Assembly (NCBI GenBank): GCA_030606485.1
Contig: JAUWGH010000003.1
Coordinates: forward strand, 30,001-62,000
Length of the DNA stretch: 32,000 bases
Source: Promethearchaeota archaeon
GTDB taxonomy: Archaea > Asgardarchaeota > Lokiarchaeia > Sigyniarchaeales > SOKP01
Direction of reading: 5' to 3'
Part shown: piece after piece, positions 18,663-26,123 of the stretch
Layout: each line of letters opens with the position of its first letter
How positions within the stretch are numbered: the first letter of the stretch is position 1
Translations under genes and position numbers: made by a program
The notes under the pieces: generated by a model
The model's input: the letters and a program-made list of their open reading frames with translations, nothing else
Told to the model about the DNA's origin: nothing
The model's database searches: none

Positions 18663-19121
18663 TTAAGTTATTTCTGGCCCATCAGGTGGTAATTTAACAA
18701 TCGTAAACCAGAAATCTCCAATAGATTTCACCACTTTTATAAATTGCTCCATATCTATAGGTTTGGAGATATAACAATTCGCATGTAAATTGTATGTTTT
18801 TATGACATCCTCTTCAGATTTCGAAGTTGTTAAAATTACGACCGGAATTCGCCTTAAATCTTTATCTTGCTTAATTTCAGCTAAAACCTCACGTCCATCT
18901 TTCTTAGGTAAATTTAAATCAAGAAGAATTACATCTGGTCGTGGTGAATTTTTAAATTTTTCTTTTTTAAATAAAAAATCCATTGCCTCTATACCATCCA
19001 ATGCTATGTGTAATTTATTAGCAATTTTACATTCTTTAAGAGCTTCTTTTGTCAAACGCACATCTCCTGGATTATCTTCAATTAACAAAATTTCTACCAT
19101 TTTATGTTTTTGTTTTGTCAA
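18663..19121 (-). CDS. Rcp1-like single-domain response regulator
   Basis: LLIEDNPGDVRL, LLDLNLPKKDGREVL, IPVVILTTS, ANCYISKP. TTG start with GAGGT upstream. Confidence 0.93.
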   Translation of the reverse strand: MTKQKHKMVEILLIEDNPGDVRLTKEALKECKIANKLHIALDGIEAMDFLFKKEKFKNSPRPDVILLDLNLPKKDGREVLAEIKQDKDLRRIPVVILTTSKSEEDVIKTYNLHANCYISKPIDMEQFIKVVKSIGDFWFTIVKLPPDGPEIT

Positions 19122-19143
19122 AACTTTTACCTCATTTTTTTCT

Positions 19144-21084
19144 TTAAATTGCTTCTTTTTTCATATAATTATTTTTTTTTATTGGAATAATAAAATGAAA
19201 TGTTGAACCCTTTCCAACTTCTGATTCAACCCAAATTTTTCCATTATGTCTTTCTATAATTCTTTTACATAGGGCTAGACCTATTCCAGTTCCAAGATAT
19301 TCAGACTTTCTGTGTAAACGTTGGAATATAATAAAAATACGATCAAAATATTCTGGATCTATGCCGATCCCGTTATCTTTTACTGAGAATTGCCAGTTAT
19401 TTTTTTTTTTTTTTGCTGAAATATGTATTCTCACGGGATCTTTACTGCGGAATTTTAATGCATTATCAATCAAGTTTTGAAACACTTGTATTAATTGTGT
19501 TTTATCAGCCAATATGTTTGGTAAATAGTCATGGGTTATCTCTACATCATTTTCTTTTATAGTTTCATGTAAATTGAAAAGAACATCTTTTAAAACCTCT
19601 TCACAGTTAATAACTTCAAAAGGATTACCACGAGTCTGAATTCTTGAATATTCTAACAAATCTTCAATAAGAATTTTCATATTATTTGCTCCATCCACAG
19701 CAAATTTAATGAACTCATTTGCATCCTCATCCAGCTTATCTTTATAACGCTTTGCTAGGAGTTGGGTATAACTTGTCACCATTCTTAATGGCTGTTGTAA
19801 ATCATGAGATGCAACATAAGCAAATTGTTGTAGTTCTTCATTGGAACGTTTTAAAGCATTTAATGTATCTTTCATTGCATTTTCTGCTATTATACGCTCG
19901 GTGATGTCCCGGAATATAAGAACAACACCAATAATATTTCCTTTATCGTCTTTTATCGGAGCACCACTATCGGCAATCGGTATTTCCTTTCCTTCTTTAG
20001 ATATTAAAACAGTATGATTCGCCAGACCAACAACAACGTCCTCTCGAATTACTCTCGATACGGGACTTTCGATTTGCTTGCGAGTTTTCTCGTTAACGAT
20101 GTTAAAAATATCTCCTACGGGTTTTCCCGTGGCTTCTTCTTGCTTCCAACCAGTTAAAGACTCGGCAACAGGATTTAAAAACGATATCTTACCTTTTGTG
20201 TCGGTAGCAATTACCGCATCGCCAATACTATTAAGTGTCGTAGAAAGCCATTCTTCGGATTCTTGGAGCTTTTTTGTGCGCTCTTCCACCAATTCTTCAA
20301 GATGCTCGCGATATTTCCTTAATTCCTCCTCCGCTTTCTTTCGCTCCGTAATATCTTGTCCAACTCCTTGAATCCCAATTGCCTTTCCATCAGTATCTTT
20401 TACCGCAGTAACATTCCAAGAAATCAATACCCTTTCTTTTTTTCCCTTTTTCCAAAAATATTGCTCAAAACCTTCTTGACTCATATTTGGATCTATTCTA
20501 ACCTTCTGCCTTACGGGTTCAGCCCTTTCTAATTCATTTTTCTCAAGCATTGATCTTATATCCTTACCAATCATCTCCCCTTCTTCATATCCTAATACTT
20601 TACAGGTGTATGGATTCATTAACGTTACTCTCCACTCATCATCGTGTGCCAAAACGATGGCATTGGAATTATTTATTAACATTTGGTATCTATGCAATTC
20701 TGCCTCTATCTTCTTACTCTCAGTAATATCTCTGAAAACCTCAATAACTGCTGGATTACCATAAAAATCTTCTACGAAAAAAGCGTCAATTCCAAAATAT
20801 TTTGTTTCTTTGGTTGAAGGAAGTGTTGAAATTTTTTCGAATCTCATCCTACGTTGTTCTATTGTTAAAGATTTTTCAATAGGACAAGATTCACAAGGTT
20901 TTGAGCGCTTAAATAAAGTTTCATAGCAGTTTTTTCCAACCAAATTCTTTCCGAATTCTTTGAGAGCATTTTCATTTGCAAATAATATCTTATTCTTCTG
21001 AGAAATAACCAAAATTGGATCTTTCATATTTGAAAAGATTAACCCTATTTTTTCCAGAGATTTTTTTAACTCTTGTGTTGCCAT
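19144..21084 (-). CDS. Cytoplasmic PAS x3 histidine kinase with a Cph1-type kinase core
   Basis: FAYVASHDLQQPLRMV, QNLIDNALKF, DNGIGI, FQRLH, GTGIGLA. PAS1 carries CY...PCESCP. AGGTGA Shine-Dalgarno upstream. Confidence 0.95.
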   Translation of the reverse strand: MATQELKKSLEKIGLIFSNMKDPILVISQKNKILFANENALKEFGKNLVGKNCYETLFKRSKPCESCPIEKSLTIEQRRMRFEKISTLPSTKETKYFGIDAFFVEDFYGNPAVIEVFRDITESKKIEAELHRYQMLINNSNAIVLAHDDEWRVTLMNPYTCKVLGYEEGEMIGKDIRSMLEKNELERAEPVRQKVRIDPNMSQEGFEQYFWKKGKKERVLISWNVTAVKDTDGKAIGIQGVGQDITERKKAEEELRKYREHLEELVEERTKKLQESEEWLSTTLNSIGDAVIATDTKGKISFLNPVAESLTGWKQEEATGKPVGDIFNIVNEKTRKQIESPVSRVIREDVVVGLANHTVLISKEGKEIPIADSGAPIKDDKGNIIGVVLIFRDITERIIAENAMKDTLNALKRSNEELQQFAYVASHDLQQPLRMVTSYTQLLAKRYKDKLDEDANEFIKFAVDGANNMKILIEDLLEYSRIQTRGNPFEVINCEEVLKDVLFNLHETIKENDVEITHDYLPNILADKTQLIQVFQNLIDNALKFRSKDPVRIHISAKKKKNNWQFSVKDNGIGIDPEYFDRIFIIFQRLHRKSEYLGTGIGLALCKRIIERHNGKIWVESEVGKGSTFHFIIPIKKNNYMKKEAI

Positions 21085-21133
21085 TTTTTATTTCACCTTT
21101 TTTTAGAACCAATAATTTTTATTAAAAAATTTA

Positions 21134-21349
21134 TTAAATGTTATTTTGAACAATTTGTCTAAATTCATTAATATTAATGAGTTTTGAAATATATTCATTA
21201 AAACTTGCTTGTAATATACGCTCCTTATCTCCTTTCATCGCAAAAGAGGTAACAGCAACGATGGGAATATCTTTAAATTTTTCGATTTTACGGAGTTCTT
21301 TACAAATATCAATTCCGCTCATATCTGGCAATTGTATTAGTTATTCCGA
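21134..21349 (-). pseudogene. 5'-truncated duplicate of the DivK-like receiver at 21656-22024
   Basis: IQLPDMSGIDICKELRK...IPIVAVTSFAMKGDKERIL is nearly identical to the neighbour. The similarity starts right after the phospho-Asp position, an in-frame TAA lies just upstream, and KP has become KL. Confidence 0.8.
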
Positions 21350-21423
21350 CATATTCTAACGAATTTTCATCTTATTTTTATGTGGTTGAATAAAATTGAC
21401 AAATTTTAATTTAACAATATCTG

Positions 21424-21439
21424 ATAACAAATTTGTTAT
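21424..21439. promoter_or_regulatory. Perfect 16-bp palindrome ATAACAAATTTGTTAT (candidate operator)
   Basis: Self-complementary; shares the ATAACAAA core with the inverted repeat at 22151-22233. Confidence 0.45.
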
Positions 21440-21655
21440 AAGGTATTAATAATTGTATCACTATATAAATATACTTGTTGTAATTCTTACATCATAATAT
21501 CAATTTTTTAAAAGATTTTTTATAACGATTAAAAAGTAATAATTTAATTTTTCATAAAAAAAGTTAATTCATTAAAAAATAGTGTAAAAAATTTCCTTTA
21601 AAAAGAAATATAATCTTAAAAATTGTAATATCAGAATTTTTATATTAAAATAAGA

Positions 21656-22024
21656 TTAGACAATAACATTTTTGACTGTTTTCCTAAAATCGTTAATATT
21701 TATTGGTTTTGCAATGTAAGTATCGAAACCTGCTTTCAATATACGTTCTTTATCACCTTTCATCGCGAAAGACGTGACAGCAATAATTGGAATGTTTTTA
21801 TATTTTTCAAGTTTACGAAGTTCTTTACAAATATCGATTCCACTCATATCTGGTAGTTGAATGTCTAAAATTATTAGGTCTGGATTATCTGACTTTAGAG
21901 ATTCAAAAGCTCGACCACCATGGGTCTCTGCTATAATTTCAATATCAGGCATTGTATTTAGGACTGCTTTAAATAATTTCATGTTTTTTTCATTATCTTC
22001 CACAAGAAATACTCGTTTTTTCAT
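21656..22024 (-). CDS. DivK-like single-domain response regulator
   Basis: LVEDNEKNMKLF, LDIQLPDMSG, AVTSFAMKGDKERI, YIAKPI closely follow the Caulobacter DivK pattern (VEDNELNMKLF, DIQLP, AVTAFAMKGDEERI, YISKPI). Confidence 0.93.
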   Translation of the reverse strand: MKKRVFLVEDNEKNMKLFKAVLNTMPDIEIIAETHGGRAFESLKSDNPDLIILDIQLPDMSGIDICKELRKLEKYKNIPIIAVTSFAMKGDKERILKAGFDTYIAKPININDFRKTVKNVIV

Positions 22025-22150
22025 AAAACCTTAACTCTATATTATTGTAATGATGAAATACGCATCTCCTCATCATCAAATGTTTGTATATTACTATAAC
22101 AACACTCTTTGATAACAAATTGATACAAAATATTAGTGATAAACATTGTA

Positions 22151-22233
22151 TTTAAATATTTGTTATAATAATGTGTTTATTAATATTAAATTCTTCATTT
22201 TAAATATTTACTCTATTATAACAAATATTTAAA
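22151..22233. repeat. Perfect 20-bp inverted repeat (TTTAAATATTTGTTATAATA / TATTATAACAAATATTTAAA) with 43-nt spacer in a divergent promoter region
   Basis: 22151-22170 is the exact reverse complement of 22214-22233. Confidence 0.7.
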
Positions 22234-22459
22234 AATTAAAAAGATTATGTAGTAATTACAAATATATAGTTTTTTGTGTGTAAAACCCGATATATAAAAA
22301 GACAAAATAAAATTGAATAATGCGTGTTTATTAATGCATTGAATTAGTAGGGCAGTATGGAATTTGGTTTCTTGTAAAAAAATGATTTTAATTATTAAAT
22401 TGATTTCTTTGATTCTGATACAATATTGAAATCCTCATACTTAAAATTTTTGAGAAAGA

Positions 22460-23320
22460 ATGAATGAAAAAAAAACTGAAGAAATGGAAAAATATGAAAA
22501 AATGACTGGCAAACACGCAATTTGGCGTGGAGTAATAACCGAAGGATTTAAAAAATGGCAACGAGGAGAAAAGATATACGATAGATTTAAGGAGAGAATA
22601 GCTCTTTATGTATCTAAAGAAACTAAAGAAGATTGGCAGAATTTCGTAAGAGATTCAAAATACACTTCAATTTCTAAACTAATAAGGGATGCTGTAAACA
22701 ATTTCATTGAAAAAAAAATAAAAGTAATAGAGCATGAGAATTATAATAAAGGTGATCAACTTAGAAATCTTTCAGATATCTCTTATGTTTTAAAAGAAGC
22801 ATTAACTTCAATAAAAGGATTTTCCCAATTATTAATTGAAAATTATAAGGAAGAACTCAATGAGGAAATCATTTTAAAAATAAAAGAAATTTTTGATAAA
22901 AGCATCTTTCTTGAAAACAAGATTAATGAATCGTTAGAATACTCTTATATTAGTAAATCACAATATGACATTTTACTAATTGAAGATGATATATCAACAA
23001 TAAAGTTATTAAAATCATTTTTTGAAAGGAAGGGTTATAGTTGTAAAGGTGTCATTAGTGGTTCTAAAGGATTGAATGAATTAAAGAGAAATATTCCTAG
23101 AATTATTTTATTGGATATTATTTTACCTGATATTAATGGATTTGATGTTTGCAAAATAATAAAATCTAATAAAATATATCAAAATATTCCCATCTTTCTA
23201 TTAACTGCTGTATCAAGTCTAAAAGTTGAGCATTTTATTAAAAAAGCAAAAGTAGAAGGTTATATCTCAAAACCTTTTGATTTTTCGGATTTTAATTCAA
23301 TATTTAAATATTTAAATTAA
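22460..23320 (+). CDS. AIWRG-motif - RHH-like - DHp-like (His->Tyr) - REC protein, copy 1
   Basis: RIALYVSKETKEDW...SISKLIRDAV (ribbon-helix-helix pattern); SYVLKEALTSIKGFSQLL (H-box-like, Tyr109); intact REC (IEDD, LLDIILP, LTA, SKP). Confidence 0.8.
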   Translation: MNEKKTEEMEKYEKMTGKHAIWRGVITEGFKKWQRGEKIYDRFKERIALYVSKETKEDWQNFVRDSKYTSISKLIRDAVNNFIEKKIKVIEHENYNKGDQLRNLSDISYVLKEALTSIKGFSQLLIENYKEELNEEIILKIKEIFDKSIFLENKINESLEYSYISKSQYDILLIEDDISTIKLLKSFFERKGYSCKGVISGSKGLNELKRNIPRIILLDIILPDINGFDVCKIIKSNKIYQNIPIFLLTAVSSLKVEHFIKKAKVEGYISKPFDFSDFNSIFKYLN

Positions 23321-23333
23321 TTTTTAATAATTT

Positions 23334-23663
23334 TTAATCTCTTAAAATGGGAATAGAAAAAGAAAATTTACTTCCTCTATTTCTTCCTGCTGATTCCATC
23401 CAGATATTTCCCCCGTGTAATTCAATAATCTTTTTCGCAATATATAGACCGAGCCCTGTACCCTCAATTCCAACATCCCAACCTTGACCATATCTTTCAA
23501 TTTTTCCAAATTGTTTAAATAATTGATTCTTTTCCTCAGCGGAAAACCCAATTCCATTATCTTCTATTGAGATTATAAAAAAGTTAGATTTTACTTCAGA
23601 AAAGATTTTAATTTCTCCTCCAAGAGATGTGTAGTTAATTGCGTTTATTAATATAAGCATCAT
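23334..23663 (-). pseudogene. Stand-alone or 5'-truncated HATPase_c (kinase catalytic domain) without H-box
   Basis: INAINYT (degenerate N-box), EDNGIGF, LFKQFGK, GTGLGL, HGGNIWMES, GSKFSF. An in-frame TAA lies 9 codons upstream of the first ATG. Confidence 0.7.
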
Positions 23664-23783
23664 AAAATTAAAATTGGAAAAATTAAATTAAATTTTGTGT
23701 TAATAATTGAAAAAACTTATATTATACTTTGTGATAATAATAATCTAGAAATGTAATAAAAATAGTGAATCTTTCCTTTTTTA

Positions 23784-24659
23784 TTGGTGATTTCAATTTT
23801 GAGTAATGAAAAAAAAAGTAGTGAAATGGAACAATATGAAAAAGAGACAAGGAAATATGCTATTTGGCGTGGTATTATAACTGAAGGATTTAAAAAGTGG
23901 CAACGAGGAGAAAAAATTTATGATAGAGATAAAGAGAGAATATCACTCTATATTGCAGAAGAAACTAAAGATAAATGGCAGAATTTTATTGAAAGTAGTA
24001 AATATTCTTCTATTTCAAAATTGATAAGAGATGCTGTTGATTTTTTTATTAATGAGAAATTAAGAGTAGGTGTTGATGAAAAACTTAAAAAACTAGGACC
24101 TTTAAAATCAATTACAAATCTTTCTCATGATTTAAAAGAGGCTTTAACTTCGATAAAAGGATATTCACAGTTATTGCTTGAAAATTATAAAGATAATTTG
24201 ACAGAAGATGTATTATCAAAAATTAAGGAGATTTTTAATAAAAGTATATTTCTTGAAAATAAAATAAAGGAAGTTTTGGAAAAAGGAGAAATTGGAAAGA
24301 GACAATATGACCTTCTATTAATCGAAGATGATCCATCGACTATAAAATTATTAACAACTTTTTTTGAAAGTAAAGGTTATTCTAGTAGAGGGGTAATTAG
24401 TGGTTCTAAGGGAATAGATGAATTAAAAGCAAACATTCCAAAATTAATATTGTTAGATATAATATTGCCAGATATAAATGGATATGATGTTTGTAAAATG
24501 ATAAAATCTGAAGAGAAGCTTAAAAATATACCAATTTTCTTCTTAACAGCTATTCCAAGTTCGGAAGTTGAGAAAAGAATTAAAGATGCTGGTGCTGATG
24601 GTTATATTTTAAAACCATTTGATTTTAGTGATTTTGAAATTTTATATACATATCTATAA
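23784..24659 (+). CDS. AIWRG-motif - RHH-like - DHp-like (His retained) - REC protein, copy 2
   Basis: Paralogue of 22460-23320; SHDLKEALTSIKGYSQLL (His115); intact REC (IEDD, LLDIILP, LTA, LKP). Confidence 0.82.
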   Translation: MVISILSNEKKSSEMEQYEKETRKYAIWRGIITEGFKKWQRGEKIYDRDKERISLYIAEETKDKWQNFIESSKYSSISKLIRDAVDFFINEKLRVGVDEKLKKLGPLKSITNLSHDLKEALTSIKGYSQLLLENYKDNLTEDVLSKIKEIFNKSIFLENKIKEVLEKGEIGKRQYDLLLIEDDPSTIKLLTTFFESKGYSSRGVISGSKGIDELKANIPKLILLDIILPDINGYDVCKMIKSEEKLKNIPIFFLTAIPSSEVEKRIKDAGADGYILKPFDFSDFEILYTYL

Positions 24660-24806
24660 ATTTTAAAATTCTCTTTTCTTAGTTACAGAAAGCATTTCTT
24701 TTACATAATCCATAATCTATTTAGTAATAATCAAATTAAACAACTAAGAAATAAAGTATATATTCAATTTATTTGACAAAATTAATTTAAAAATTTGGTT
24801 TAATTA

Positions 24807-26114
24807 ATGGTTATAGGCATAGCATTATTTAGTTGGGATAAGAAGGTGGGTGCGGTTTTAGAGATTAAACATCCTGAAAATCTTGATTTATCACAAAATT
24901 TAATTAACAAAATATATATGACTCATGCTTATAGGCAGGAAAATCAAAAAGAAGAGTTAATGGAAATTAATCTGGAGAATCAAATTATTCTTAGTTACTG
25001 TGATATGTCTAAAGTTGTAAAACTTGGGTATGAAATAATAATCCTTATTGTTCATGAGAAGGAGAAAATACATCTTAAAAATTTAAAATCTGAATTATTT
25101 GAATTTGCGAGAGAAGTGTTAAATAAACCTAAAATTGAGAGAAAGAAGTATTTTTTTGAAAATCTCGATTTGTTTTTTAAAGAAACAGTAAAGAAAAAGA
25201 TATTATTAGTTGGACGAGCAGCTACAGGAAAATCTAGTATTAAGCAAGTTATTTTTGAAGGAAAGATGCCACAGGAGTTATTATCTAATCCCCTTGAGCC
25301 AACTCGTGGTTTAACACCCTCTGTTTATTCATGGTTAGATCTAGATTTGGGTATTTTCGATTCAGCTGGTCAAGAACTGGATTATTTATTAGATGATAAA
25401 AATGAACAAACCTTAGCATTCGAAAATACTGATATTGTAATATATATGTTTGATTACTTAACGTGGATTGAAAATAACGAAATAATAATAAAAGATATAA
25501 AAAAAGTTTCAAGAATTATTAAACAAGAGTCTTATAATGCTAAAATTATATTATTTCTACATAAAATTGACTTAATTAAGGAAGAAAACAGAGAACAAAA
25601 CATAAAAAATATCCAGCGAGAAATAAAAGAACAATTGAATTTGCAGATTTATTTTACAAGTCTTTATCCAAATTTAATTTATAATATTTATAATGCCTTT
25701 TATGAGATTTTAAGTAATTTTTCCAAGGAGACTATTTATTTTAAAGAGGTTTTGGATGAAAAAATTAAAGATAATTCAAAATCTATGTGTTTTATAACTA
25801 ATCAAAATAGTAGTATAGTTGTTCAGACAATGTCTAATGATTTCAATTTTAAATTAATTAACCAAATTCATAGATTAATTGCTCAATTTGACCAATCATT
25901 TGAAGACATGAGCATTAATGATAATATCGATTATATGATACTTTCAAGTTTGAAAAATTTTAATATTATTATGAAATTTCTTAATCTCTCGAATTATGAT
26001 CTCAAAAATTTAATTTTAATCTCTGAAACAATTAGTATCATTCAATTAATAGAATTTTGTGAGGAAATTAAAAATACTTTGAATAGATATTTTTATAAAG
26101 ACATTCAAAAATGA
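24807..26114 (+). CDS. Rag/Gtr-like GTPase with N-terminal uDENN/longin-like and C-terminal roadblock-like domains
   Basis: G1 GRAATGKSSIKQVIF, EPT, DSAGQ, LHKID, TSL (HKxD is the Rag-type G4). N-terminus IALFSWDKKVGAVLEIKHP; C-terminal MCFITNQNSSIV-led region. Confidence 0.8.
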   Translation: MVIGIALFSWDKKVGAVLEIKHPENLDLSQNLINKIYMTHAYRQENQKEELMEINLENQIILSYCDMSKVVKLGYEIIILIVHEKEKIHLKNLKSELFEFAREVLNKPKIERKKYFFENLDLFFKETVKKKILLVGRAATGKSSIKQVIFEGKMPQELLSNPLEPTRGLTPSVYSWLDLDLGIFDSAGQELDYLLDDKNEQTLAFENTDIVIYMFDYLTWIENNEIIIKDIKKVSRIIKQESYNAKIILFLHKIDLIKEENREQNIKNIQREIKEQLNLQIYFTSLYPNLIYNIYNAFYEILSNFSKETIYFKEVLDEKIKDNSKSMCFITNQNSSIVVQTMSNDFNFKLINQIHRLIAQFDQSFEDMSINDNIDYMILSSLKNFNIIMKFLNLSNYDLKNLILISETISIIQLIEFCEEIKNTLNRYFYKDIQK

Positions 26115-26123
26115 GAATCTAAA

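Noticed and set aside
18663-21084. Phytochrome (Cph1/Rcp1) light-sensing system
   Set aside because: The kinase core and receiver are Cph1/Rcp1-like, but there is no PAS-GAF-PHY photosensory module.
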